DNA of 64,000 bases from assembly GCF_006345805.1 (NCBI RefSeq), contig NC_043001.1, positions 84,506,001-84,570,000 on the forward strand, given 5' to 3'. Under the pieces are notes generated by a model. It was given only the letters and a program-made list of their open reading frames with translations, was not told the origin of the DNA and searched no databases. Position numbers and translations under genes: made by a program. Below are positions 51,453-64,000 of the stretch, in pieces (the first letter of the stretch is position 1; each line of letters starts with the position of its first letter). Source of the stretch: Octopus sinensis (taxonomy: Eukaryota).

Positions 51453-51639
51453 CTGTGTAAATGCATAATTAATTATTTCGTTACGAACGACTGTCAGCAA
51501 AGGCACAACTCCAATGTACCCCTTTTGAAAAATTTACGAAAGTAACATATATTTATCGTAAGTTTATAAATGAGTAATTTTATTGCTGTCAATTTCTTGT
51601 AAAATCATAAAAGCTTTTTTATCATTTGGTATAAACAGT

Positions 51640-51975
51640 AGTGGAGGCACAATGGCCCAGTGGTTAGTGCAGCAGACTCGCGGTCGTAGGATCGCGGTTT
51701 CGATTCCCAGACCGGGCGTTGTGAGTGTTTATTAAGCGAAAACACCTAAAGCTCCATGAGGCTCCACAACTTTCTCTCACTCTTATTTCCTGTTTCTGTT
51801 GTACCTGTATTTCAAAGGGCCGGCCTTGTCACTCTCTGTGTCACGCTGAATATCCCCGAGAACTACGTTAAGGGTACACGTGTCTGTGGAATGCTCAGCC
51901 ACTTACACGTTAATTTCACGAGCAGGCTGTTCCGTTGATCGGATCAATCGGAACCCTCGTCGTCGTAACCGACGG
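51640..51975 (+). mobile_element. SINE family C
   Basis: GGAGGCACAATGGCCCAGTGGTTAG..GGTTTCGATTCCC head. Confidence 0.85.
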
Positions 51976-52139
51976 AGTGCTTCCACATAAACAGTAACAA
52001 ATTTGATAAAAGTTAAATATGATTGTTGTATGTATGTCATATTTACTTAATAATTATCCTTGGTAGCTAAAATATAATTTCAAAGATAGCCGTCATTTAA
52101 CCGGCAACACGCTACTAACTACACACTCATTGTTTCTTT

Positions 52140-52520
52140 CCTTTTTACCTCCGCCTTGACTCTGCGGAGGTATTGATTTTAGTCGTGTTTGTTTGTTTGA
52201 CCTTGGACAAGATATCTCAAGAACCGCCGGGTGGATTCGGATGAAACTCTCAGACATGTATGGCCTTGTTACTAGCACAAAGTGAGCAGATTTTGGGAGC
52301 GATCCGGTACCGGACAAGGATACTGGGTTATTTTTCCTATTTACTTTAGAAGGTGACGATCTTACATTGACTTTGAAGTCTTTCTCAATAATCTCCTTCT
52401 AGGTAGTTAAATAAATTTTATTTTCATTTCTTTTAATTTTACTCACGTCTCTGTCTTAGCAGAATCTGATGGATAAAGAAATCAAACTACATAAATAAAT
52501 ACCACCAAACCCATTCAGAG
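52140..52520 (+). mobile_element. Helentron-associated (DINE-1/HINE-like) element
   Basis: TTACCTCCGCC..GCGGAGGTATTG palindrome followed by a GTTTGTTTG tract; paralogue at 54775-55420. Confidence 0.5.
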
Positions 52521-52560
52521 TTTAAATAACTCTAACATATTTTTATAATATATATATATG

Positions 52561-52970
52561 GGCGCAGGAGTGGCTGTGTGGTAAGTAGCTTGCTTACCAA
52601 CCACATGGTTTAGGGTTCAGTCCCACTGCGTGGCACCTTGGGCAAATATCTTCTACTATAGCCTCGGGCCGACCAAAGCCTTGTGAGTGGATTTGGTAGA
52701 CGGAAACTGAAAGAAGCCCGTCGTATATATGTATATATATGTATGTGCATGTATGTTTGTGTGTCTGTGTTTGTCCCCCTAGCATTGCTTGACAACCGAT
52801 GCTGGTGTGTTTATGTCCCGTTACTTAGCGGTTCGGCAAAAGAACCGATAGAATAAGTACTGGGCTTACAAAGAATAAGTCCTGGGGTCGAGTTGCTCGA
52901 CTAAAGGCGGTGCTCCAGCATGGCCGCAGTCAAATGACTGAAACAAGTATAAGAGTAAAGAGTAAAGAGT
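52561..52970 (+). mobile_element. Full-length SINE family A
   Basis: As for 14873-15292. Confidence 0.9.
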
Positions 52971-53484
52971 ATATATTTACACATACAGAATAACACTTTA
53001 CAGTATACTTATAAATATATATACATCCATCTATAAATTGATCTAAAACAACACGAATACTAAAAGAACAGCGGAATTTAAGAGAAGAAAAATCCAAAAG
53101 GTGTCATGCTATACTTTTAAAAATACCTGAGTAGAAGTTATTATTTTAAACCCCGCCTATAATGACCGGATCGTATTGAGTAATTCTGGGGGTGGATGAA
53201 CTTTGTACTATTCTCTTCCACGTTCTCAACGGAATATATCATAATATATGTAAATATGTAATATATAATATAAAATAATATGATATAATATATATATATA
53301 TATATGATATATATATATATAGATATATATATAGATATATATATGTATATATATATATGTATATATATATATATGTATATATATAATATATGTATATATA
53401 TATATATATGTATATAATATATATATGTATATATATATATGTATATATATATATATGTAATATATATATATATATATATATATG

Positions 53485-53541
<57 letters not shown>

Positions 53542-54817
53542 AATGACATGCAATACCTAAACGAATGAAATACGTAAACGATGAGAAAGTGGGAATTAAG
53601 GACAAGTTAACATAGAGAAAGGACCCTTCATCAATTGTCGGCTGACTATCTACTCCTCATTTCGAGCATTAAACGATGATATGAATCTTCAAAGGCAGTT
53701 GCTCTTATAAATTCTAAAATAATATTTAGGATTTATGGAGGGTCAAATTTGGGAACGAAAAAATGACAGTGGCGACATACAAGGAAACCGAATGAAAACA
53801 AACATGGAGGGTCGTTAAATCAGAGTGAGAAGAAAATAGTGAACCTTAGGAGAAACATTTTTTAAAGAGGAAAAATAGAAGAGTGAGTAAAAACGTTCGT
53901 GCAGGCAAAGAAAGATGGCCACGTTAGGAAAAGAAAGACGGACGACGGTTACGTGTAAGCAACGAGAGAGAGAACGAAAAAGACAAAGAAGAGGAGAGAG
54001 ACAGATAGAAAACTTTTGGGTGACAGATAGAAAACTTTTGGGTGACAGATAGAAAACTTTTGAGTAGTTCATCGAGTTCAACCACAATTTAATATGCTCC
54101 AGTTGAAAACAGTCTTTTTGTATAACAATCTCTATATAACAAAAGCCGATATAAATAGTGGTTTATGGTTCGTCTGCTTCATGTCGCTAGTCAAGTTTCA
54201 CATTCGTCAAAAAGTGAGTGAGAGAGAGAGAGAGAGAGAGAGAGGGGAAGGCAAAGGAGAAATGCAGAGATTTTTAACATGTGTGGGTTGAGTGGAAAAA
54301 AGAACATGAATACATCGTTTTCGTTTGTAGTTTTGCAGCGATAAGTTTTCTATGGAGTAGAGAGTGTTTCTCGTTTACCTCTCGCATGCATTAGTCATTA
54401 AGCTGCGGTCATGCTTGAAGAATTTTTATTCGACCGAATAGACTGCAGTAATTATTCTTTATAGCCTTATAATTATTTTATTGATATAGTTTGCAGAACC
54501 GCTAAGTTACCGGGATGTCAACACAGCAATACCGACTGTCAAGCGGTGAGTGAGGGACAAATGCGCATGAACACACGTATACACACACAGCTGCACACAC
54601 ATACACACATTTACACACGCATCATTTTTTATATGCAGGAAGAAATTTAATAAAAGTTAAATTATGATTGTTGTATGTATGTCATAATTACGTTTGGTGG
54701 CAAAAGCATTATTTCAAAGATAGCCGACATATAACCGTCTACATACTAATAACTACACTCTCACTGTTTCTTTCATATTTGCCTCCGCCTTCGCGAAGTC
54801 GGAGGTATTGTTTGTAT

Positions 54818-55049
54818 ACGGCGGCGAGCTGGCAGAAACGTTAGCATGCCGGGCGAAATGCGTAGCCGTATTTCGTCTGTCGTTACGTTTTGAGTTCAAA
54901 TTCCGCCGAGGTCGACTTTGCCTTTCATCCTTTCGGGGTCGATAAATTAAGTACCAGTTACGCACTGGGGTCGATGTAATCGACTTAATCCGTTTGTCTG
55001 TCCTTGTTTGTCCCCTCTGTGTTTAGCCCCTTGTGGGTAATAAAGAAAT
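54818..55049 (+). mobile_element. Full-length SINE family B with 15-bp TSD, nested in a HINE-like element
   Basis: AGGTATTGTTTGTAT at 54803-54817 and 55050-55064. Confidence 0.85.
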
Positions 55050-55430
55050 AGGTATTGTTTGTATTGGTGCTTGTTTGTGTGCTTGTTTGTCTGTTGGCAA
55101 GATATCTCACGAACAGCCGGACGAATTCGGATGAAACTTTCAGGGATGTTTGGAGTCTTGACTGGCACGAAATGATTAATTAGATTATAGGATCGATCCG
55201 GTACCGAACAAAGAAGCTGGATTATTTGGTATATTTATTTTACGATCTTACAATCATTTATGATCTTACTTTATGACGATCTTTCTCAATTATCTCCCTT
55301 TAAGCTGTTTAAGATTTTCTCCCCCTTTTTTAAAAAAATTTTAGTTGCGTCTCTCTCTGGATGAGGAAATCAAACTACATAAACAAGCGACAACAAAACC
55401 GCTCAAAAATTAAATAACACTAATATATTT

Positions 55431-55487
<57 letters not shown>

Positions 55488-56572
55488 CTATATTATATTA
55501 TATTATATACTATACATATATATAATACTTTACAGTATACCTATATATATACATATATCTATATATTGATCCCAAACAACTGATATACTAAAGAAAGGCC
55601 GGAATATAAGAGAAGAGAAATCGAAAAAATGTCATGGTAGTCATTTAAAATATCCCGAGGAGAAGTCAGTATTAATCCCGCCTTTGAAACTATACACACA
55701 CACGTTTTTGAAACTATTTTGAATGGTGAATCTGTTAACTTTGACTTGTATTAGATAAGGATAAAATATTTATTACTGGTACAAAATTTCCTACTGCCAA
55801 CTTCACATTCCATGACTACCATTGAGATTAATCAGGTACCGGACAAGGAATGTGGATTCTTTTTCCAGTTTTTTTTTAAAATTAACTTTTGAGAGCTGTC
55901 TGATTCGTTTTTAGTATTCTCGTTTGTGAGAGTAGTCGAGTTTATTTAAGATATTCTTATTTTTAAAATAATCTCTGGCTAATAGTTGAGGGGACGTTTG
56001 TGTTACCTTGGTGGACATTCTGCGTCTACTCTCACGTGACCTGGTCAATCCTTGGCGCCCTCTGTCTTCCACCCCCTTTAATTTCTTCTCTCTCTTTCTC
56101 TCTTTCTCTCTCTCTACCCTCTTGTGACCTGCTGCTTAACAAGCCATTTCGTTGGTGACGGCAGCCCGCTCAACATCGTTCCCCCTCTGCCGAAAAGGCA
56201 ATTTTCTCCAAACACGCCTGCTAGATAAGTTAAATTTGTCTCAATTTGTCTAAAGTCGTAAGACACCTGCTATTATCCTGTTATTAACCATTCTTGTTTT
56301 TATTTTTATTTTTGTTTTCGTTTTTTTTTGTATTTATATTCGTCCTTGTTGCGTTTACATTCGTTCCCTTTTTCCAAGAAATCTAATGCTCACAGCTTAG
56401 TTTTTCCTTGGGGCTGGCCGTGTTGGAGCAAATATCAAAATTAATCAGCCGAAATTTGCTATGATGATCCGGTTTCTGACTGACGATTAAAGGCTTCGAA
56501 TGACCCGTCTGTTTTCTGTGTTCGTCCCTTTGTGTATTTCACGTTCTTGTTTCTTTATATATAATTTTTATA

Positions 56573-56610
<38 letters not shown>

Positions 56611-56732
56611 CATTACAGATACAGGGTAAAACATTATTAATTTAATAAAATTAACAAATTTTACCAAGTAGTTTTCGGTATGGAAAGGAACCATATTCAG
56701 TAAAAACTTATACATAAGTTTTTTTATATATA

Positions 56733-56881
56733 TAATTATAACAATAATTAAGGGCTTAGCAACAGGTTGTTTGACCACATATCGAAATTTTTTTAAATAG
56801 CAGTCTCTTGGCTGCTATTTCTAAAATTTTCGGTATGTGGTCAAGTAACTTGTTGCTAAACCCTTAATTATTGTTATAATT
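56733..56881. repeat. Fold-back palindrome related to the inverted ends of 41190-42405
   Basis: ~70-bp arms sharing the ATAATT..AGGG.T.AGCAA..CACATA.CGAAATTT..AAATAGCAG motif. Confidence 0.8.
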
Positions 56882-56896
56882 TATGTATATATATAT

Positions 56897-56980
<84 letters not shown>

Positions 56981-57248
56981 GGAGATAGATAGATAGATAG
57001 ATAGATACATGTGTGTGTGTGTGTTTGTGTGTGCATGTGCATGTGTACAAAAGACTGAAGAAATTGGAGTCAACAACGAGGAGTACTCCTTGTTGACTAC
57101 GGTTCTTCAATTTGATATTTATACACGACGAATACCCAGACATAAACCTGAAAGCATTCAATCATGTTACCGGATCGTATTGGGCAATTGTGAGTGTGGA
57201 TGAGCTTTATTCTGTTCTATGCTACGTTCTTAACAGAATATACCATAT

Positions 57249-57282
<34 letters not shown>

Positions 57283-57287
57283 CGTGT

Positions 57288-57325
<38 letters not shown>

Positions 57326-57899
57326 ATCATACGTAAACGACGAGAAAAAAAAGGAAAACAGGACAAGTTAACGTAGAGAAAGGAACCTTTATCAGTTGTA
57401 GACTGTCTATCTACTCCGCATTTCGAGATTTCAAGGACATAATGAGTCTTCAAAAACAGTTGATCTCATAAATTCTAAAATTAAATTTAGAATTTATGGA
57501 GGGACAAAGTTGGGAACAAAAACAGCACAGTGGGGACACATAAGGAAACCGAACGTAAACAAACATGGAGGGTCGTTAGATCAGAACGAAAGGAAAATAA
57601 TAAACACTGGGAAAAATATTTCTTTGAAAAGAGAAAATATAAAAGAGAGTGAAAAACACGTCCGTTCTTTTGAATGGTCGTGTAGGAAAAGAAAGATGGT
57701 CACGTGTGGAAAAGATGAGAGAGAGAGAGAAAGTTTTCCATTTGTTTTACTCGCTTGCGCATTAAACTCATTTGTTTTCGTATTTCATGTTGTTACTGTA
57801 CCCATATATATATATATATTATATATATATATATATATCGGTGCCCCAGCATGGCCACAGCTCATAAGCTGAAACTAGAATCAATCAATCAATCATATA

Positions 57900-57950
<51 letters not shown>

Positions 57951-58199
57951 CAATTTAATTATATATATGTACGCATGTATATCTATGCATTACACACAAA
58001 CACACAGACACTTACACACACACGCACACTATATATATTACTTATAATTTCATTGTGGATATTTTGTTGCCATTCTCCTTTTGTCTCTCTGTGTCTTCAC
58101 AATCGTTTATGTACATTGTATTCGATTAGCGAACCTAGCTCAACTCTTTCCCGTCTCACTTTTGCTCTATCTAAAAACCATTTAAACACGCCTGTGAGC

Positions 58200-58568
58200 A
58201 CATACAGACTAACATGCATATGAGTAGTTATTGCCATCAAGATGTAGGACAAGATTCTGTGATAGCCTGGGCTTCCGAGGCCCACAGCTCTTCAATATCC
58301 TCCCTAAGAACCTGAGAGACCTGCATGGGGTGGATACAGATGTCGTTAAAATGAAGCTGGATCTCTTCCTGTCAGGTGTCCCAGATGAACCAACTTCACG
58401 GCAGGAGGGGCAGATGAGGGCAGCTGCATCGAACTCTCTCATGCACCAAATAGCAGTTGCTAGAAAGCCTTCATGAAGTGAAACCAAGTAGCAACACCAA
58501 ATGGCGGTGCCCCAGCATGGCCACAGCTCATAAGCTGAAACTAGAATCAATCAATCAATCAATCAATC
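58200..58568 (+). mobile_element. CR1/L2-group LINE 3' end
   Basis: SLGFRGPQLFNILPKNLRDL..KMKLDLFLSGVPDEP..RAAASNSLMHQ*, 3' stem-loop and (AATC)n tail; a ~55-bp 3' copy at 57838-57895. Confidence 0.8.
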
Positions 58569-59039
58569 TGAGTTGTTGGCTACAGCATTGACCTTACGTA
58601 TCTAAACTTTTACACAAGGGACGCATGTTTTCAAGGAGAAAGCCAGATGCGATGTGAGGATTTTTTTATACTTTCTAAAAACTAGAAGTTATACAGGTAT
58701 TGTGTCCTCTGGTTACTATATGTATAAACTTTACCTGTTGCCCGATTGAACACTTGACCCTTTGGTTGATTTTATAGGAATCTACACTGCTGCTAGCATT
58801 TGCGCCTCGTCTCCGGTTCCAAGATGCCGTCCAACCATTCTCGCAGGTCTTCTAAGTAGGAGACCTTCTTCGGTCATGAATGACCATGGGATTGCACCTA
58901 GGAAGTTACCCTCCGAGGCGCAAGTCAGGGCAAGATTGTTTGTGGAAGGCCAGCAGTCGCTCATGCATACCGGCCTCCCCTTTCCACACCACCGGTGCTT
59001 TCCAAAGGCCGATACAGTTTGACACCAGTGATGTCGCAA

Positions 59040-59182
59040 CTCATATCTACAGCTGAGTTAACTGGAGCAACGTGAAATAAAGTGTCTTGCTCAAGAACAC
59101 AACACACAGCCCGGTCCGGGAATCGAACTCACAACCTCACGATCGTAAGCTCTACGCTGTAACCACTAAGCCATGCACCTTC
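59040..59182 (-). mobile_element. SINE family C-related fragment
   Basis: rc tRNA-like head GGTGCATGGCTTAGTGGTT..GAGTTCGATTCC. Confidence 0.65.
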
Positions 59183-59547
59183 TTGGTCTAATGAGTACTG
59201 CTTTTCATTCTGACTACAAGGTAAGCTGTCATCTTTATCCTATACTAGCATTATGTAGCGCGTTATTCTCTTTAAGTGAACATTTTTCTGGTTGAAATAC
59301 ACCGAAAAATGGCGACACAGCAGTCAAAATATCGTAAAAAATAGGGACTTTCAGAGAAAAAAAAAGCTCCTTTTTGATGTAAATACTTTTTGGTCTTAAC
59401 ATAGTCCGAATAATTTTTAATCTTCTACGGAATGAAGAGCAAGCCTTCTATCATACACTCAATTTTGGTCAACTTGTGCCGCAGGGTCTCGGAGGAGATA
59501 GTGTTAGATGAAAGCTATCAAACCTGCCACACACACACACACATACA

Positions 59548-59598
<51 letters not shown>

Positions 59599-59869
59599 AC
59601 TTCAGCTTTATATATATAGATTTGTGCATTCCAGGTGTTTTGAGACTTTATGTTAAGAAGCGGCTGTTATAAATGTCCTAGATTATTGTACTTTTAATAT
59701 ATCAATTATTATACATCTTATAAACTGAGCTATCAATTTTCTTTTTAAATTCCAGACTGAAAGAGACAGCTGTAACAACAGTTTTGACACACTCTACTAA
59801 ACACTGCTTTTTACAGCAGACTAGTTTGTAGATCACCGTGCAATAAAGTGCTAAACTGGATGAAAAACT

Positions 59870-60420
59870 CTAGAGATATCTGTGAAATGCTCCAGACTGA
59901 TTATGGATTATCTTGAATGAGCTGAGCATCTGCTTTTTGCTTGCGTATGTGGCCAGGCAAATTAAGCCCACCGGGAAGCTCATGACGGTCCTCTTGTTTT
60001 TCGCCAGCAAGAACATCCACTGAGCTCCAACTGGCCACACTATAAAAAAAGAGTACCTTGTGGAGGTTTTAAAGGAGTTCGAAAAAAAGATTTCGTCGCA
60101 AAAGGCCAAAGCACCTGCACCAGGAAAATGCCCCAGTTCATAATTCCATCCTAATAACCAACTACTTAACAGAGAAGGGCATCAACACATCCCCTTACCG
60201 TTGTTACTTCCCAGACCTTGTTCTCTGTGACATTTGTTTGTTTCCCAAGCTGAATAGGGGGACGGAGGGGACCGTCATAAGGTTCGAGAACACAATCAAT
60301 TTGGAGAACTTCTATGGGACCTTCACTAAGTGTCTGGAGCGCTGCAACAAGTGCATTGAAGTTAGAGAAGCTTACTTCATTGAAATTAATAAATGTCTCT
60401 CCTGAAAAATTCTCAAACCT
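59870..60420 (+). pseudogene. Mariner transposase remnant
   Basis: GKLMTV..PTGHTIKKEYLVEVLKEF..HQENAPVHNS..PDLVLCDICLFPKL..FTKCLERCNKCIEV. Confidence 0.7.
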
Positions 60421-61084
60421 TCTGGAAGTTATTTCGTATTTATGCTTTTGTTTTTATTTCATATTTTGCGAACAGTAACCTCGTTTATGTTCTTAATATT
60501 TACAACTGACAAATTAGAAATTTTCTCCATTTAAAATAGTGCAATTAGTCAGAGATTCTCTAAAACATACGGGTGAAAAATTATCACAACAGTATTCGTT
60601 ATGAGGTATTTATCGGTTCTCTCAAAGACATCCATTTTTTGAAAATTTTGATCGATATAGATCACATTTATTTATTTTTTTATTTCAAATACATATATTT
60701 GCAGTGAAAGAATCTACTACCATTTGGAAATTGTAGTGTTAAGATATCTCACAGCAATTCACTGGCATTCAAAGCCTGTGATGGGTGTAACATATGTCAT
60801 ATTAATTGGACGTATCACCATTTTTTGTTGTAACTTTCCAGATCAGTCATCGGAGCAGACATATAATTAAAAACGTTTGAGAACCCCCCGTCTTGTTGTA
60901 GTACAATAAGTGCATATACATTGCTACCACTCTTTTGTTATATATATATATCACCATGATCACCGTAATCGACCAGGCTATCAGATGTTGCTACACATCG
61001 CTGGTCAAAATTCGCTTCGCATTGATTTAGCCTTCAAATGACGCCATCGCGCTGGCCACACACACACACACACATATATGTATT

Positions 61085-62202
61085 GTTGTTTATTTTTTAT
61101 TTTTACCGTTATTGTTTTTACGTTTTTGTATTCTTATTGGTGTCACGTATTCTGTATTTTTGTTCGTGTACTACTTCGTTCGTTTTCCGTCTCTTGTTGT
61201 ATACCTTCGAAGCTTCTTCCAGGGGATCTAATGCGCTTGCTTAGATTTCCCTTGGCGGGCTGGCCATATCGGAGCAATCTCAAGATTAATCAGCCGAAAT
61301 TGCTAAGATGATCTGGTTCTTGACTGACTGATGACTGAGGGCTTCGAATGTCCCGTCCTGTGGTTCTTGTGTCGTCTCTGTGGTGTTTCATGTTCTTGTC
61401 CATATCTGTAATCATTTTTACTGTTTACCTATATAATCGGCGGCTACGTCCCACAATTGTCCTTATACGATAAGTATATTTTTTCTCTAGCATTGATACG
61501 ACTCTTAATCTGTCTCTTTCTCTCTCTCTCTCTCCTCCCTTATTCCCCTTCCTTTCTTTCCCCCTCTCCATCCGTCTCCCCCCCCCTTCTACGTTTCTCT
61601 ATCTCTCTCTCACCTCCACCCCCTCGATCTGTCTCTTCTTCTCCTCCCTCGTCCACCTTCTCTCTCTTTTCATCTGTCCCTTTCTCCTGTCTTTTGTTCT
61701 CACGTGACCGCTAGCCGCTGTTGAGCGCTCTTTTCGTTCCAGCAGTCGCAGAAGCAACACGTATTATTTGTTCGTCTCCCTGCGGCCATTAGGCACAACT
61801 TCACAAGCCAGCCCCATACTCAACTCGTCCTGTCGAAAGACCCTTGTCCTACGTACTGGTTTTTTGTTGTTTATTTTTTATTTTTCCGTTATTGTTTTTA
61901 CGTTTTTGTATTCTTATTGGTGTCACGTATTCTGTATTTTTGTTCGTGTATTTCGTTCGTTTTCCGTCCTCGTGTTGTATACATTCGAAGCTTTCTTCAG
62001 GGGATCTAATGCGCTTGGCTTAGATTTCCCTTGGCGGGCTGGCCATATCGGAGCAATCTCAAGATTAATCAGCCGAAATTGCTAAGATGATCTGGTTCTT
62101 GACTGATGACTGAGGGCTTCGAATGTCCCGTCCTGTGGTTCTTGTGTCGTCTCTGTGGTGTTTCATGTTCTTGTCCATGTCTGTAATCATTTTTACTGTT
62201 TA

Positions 62203-62205
<3 letters not shown>
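61085..62205 (+). repeat. Partial tandem of an unclassified repeat (tail copy plus full copy; relative at 56030-56570)
   Basis: 61085-61435 is similar to 61862-62205. Confidence 0.7.
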
Positions 62206-62245
<40 letters not shown>

Positions 62246-62250
62246 ATTAT

Positions 62251-62294
<44 letters not shown>

Positions 62295-62394
62295 ATATAT
62301 ATATATTCATACATATATATGCACATATATATATTCACACACACACACACACACACATATAATATATATATATTATATATATATATATATTATA

Positions 62395-64000
62395 TAAAGG
62401 GAAAGTTTACGAAAATAAACAAAAGACGAAGGTAGGTGGAGTACAAAGAAACAAATGTATTAGTATAGCGCTCAGGAATAGAAAAAGTCTTTTACGTTTC
62501 GAGCCTACGCTCTCCGACAGAAAGGTACACAGAAAAAAACAAGGAGAGAAACAAGGAGAGAAAAAAATGCGTGTAGTAGCTAACGATCTATCATGGCTTC
62601 TTGACTTCCGACAATGGTCAGACGCGAAAGGACAGTAGGGGAGATAACAGAGTCAAGTGACTTCTAATACGAAGGTGCCACCAACACAAAGGTGCGTGTA
62701 TGTATAAGAGAGTATGTATGTGCGTGTGAAAGAGGGCTGGTGGTCTGGACGTGCGTGTGTATGTATGTGTGGATGTGAGATGTGGAGATGGGTGTGCGGG
62801 TGGTGTGTTGTGATGTGATATGTGTATGTATGTGTAGGCTTAAAGATGTGGGGAGGCATGTGATGTTGTAGGGTGTAGTGTAGTGTGGTATGATGTTGTG
62901 GGAGGTGGGGGAGGTGGGGGAAAGCACAGGTGGGGTATGGGTTCGGCTAGAGGTTGGGGTAGAGTGGGGGTTGTGGGTAGGTAGAGCGTAGGGTTAGAGG
63001 TGAGGTATGTGGGGGAGGGGTATGAGATAGGGTTGAGGTATGTGGGGAGAGGTGTGGGATAGGGGTGACGTGTGTGGGATAGAGTGGGGAGAAAGGGTGG
63101 GAAGGATAGGGAAAGTGGAGTAGGGGTGGGTGGGTTTTTTGGGGGAGGGGAAGGTGGGTATATGAGGAGAGAGAGGAGGAAAGAAGGAGAGACGAGAAGA
63201 GAGGGCGGGGAGGGGGAGAGAGGGAGAAAGGGGAAAGAGGAGAGGGGGGGGGGAGGAGGAGGAGGAGGGGGGGAGAAGAGGAGGAGGGAGAAAAGTGGAG
63301 AGGGGAGAGAAGGAGAGTGAAGGAGCAGAGAAAAAGAGACAAGGGAGAAGAGAGTAGGAGAGAAGAGGGAAAGAGAGTAGAGGGGAAGAGGGAAGAAGAG
63401 GGAGAAGAAGGAAGAAGGGGGAAGAAGGGAAAGAAGGGAAGAAGAGGGAAGAAGGGAAAGAGGGAAGAAGAGGGAAAGAGAGTAGGGGTGAAAAGATGTA
63501 GGAGTGAAGATAAGTAGGAGTCGGGGAGGAGGTTAGATGAAAAGTGGGGGAGAGTTGAGCCCAAATGGCGTAAAAGAGCAAAGAGAGAAGATTAAACCCT
63601 GTTTACGGTGCAAGCGGGAATCAGGATGGCCTCTGTGCAAGGACAATCCGAACACAGACAGGTGTTGCAAGGAGTGACCGGTGGAGCGGAAATGGCGTGA
63701 GACTTGAGTGTCATTGGCGAGGCGGATGTCTCGGAGTTGTTCCGCGAACCGGTCAGCCAAGCGGCGTCCTGTTTGTCAGATGTACAGGGAATGGCAGAGA
63801 GAGCAGGAGATGAATAGATGATATTGCTGGAGGTGCAGGTGAAGGAGTCGATGATGCGATAGGGTCGATGATGGGTGCCGGTAGGAGGGTGGTGTTGGAG
63901 AGGTAAGGGCAAGTGCGGCAGCGTGGGCGGGAGCAGGAGAAGGAGCCAGGTTGGGAGGTAGGGTTGGGGAAGAAGCTGTGGACCAAGAGGTCTCATATAT
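62395..64000 (-). mobile_element. Second Neptune-like PLE copy (frameshifted GIY-YIG), running off the window end
   Basis: Three overlapping frames at 63533-63996 match the 13067-13797 protein; terminal region homologous to 14530-14760, with hammerhead-like motif at 62489-62524. Confidence 0.85.

Noticed and set aside
57052-57112. Imperfect ~25-bp hairpin
   Set aside because: Single imperfect stem in repeat-rich context, with no supporting conservation visible.
61280-61345. Possible type II hammerhead (GAAA..CTGATGA)
   Set aside because: Stem II cannot close in register, and the relative at 56440-56490 does not conserve it.

Overview
Repeat-dominated, AT-rich eukaryotic genomic DNA, most likely an octopod cephalopod (inferred from the SINE families and microsatellite load; not confirmed by a search). 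No confidently supported host protein-coding gene. Nearly all long six-frame ORFs are translated microsatellites or transposon relics. Identifiable relics: RTE LINE (4.8-7.0 kb), R4/Dong-like RLE non-LTR elements next to (TAA)n tracts, two Penelope-like GIY-YIG elements (13.1-14.8 kb and 62.4-64 kb), a CR1/L2-type 3' end, Tc1/mariner/maT fragments, hATm-like transposases, several Helitrons/Helentron-type elements and three abundant tRNA-derived SINE families. Most notable: (1) a dense set of type I hammerhead ribozyme motifs from several unrelated repeat families, two with fully canonical cores (9861-9921 +, 50009-50083 -). The second lies in a ~539-bp monomer bounded by 186-bp direct repeats (retrozyme/pseudo-LTR-like). 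(2) An ORF1-only L1/Tx1-like element inserted with a 16-bp TSD into a SINE tRNA head. (3) Many fold-back palindromes and template-switch-like duplications. All structures were read by eye; folding, activity and family assignments need computational or experimental confirmation.
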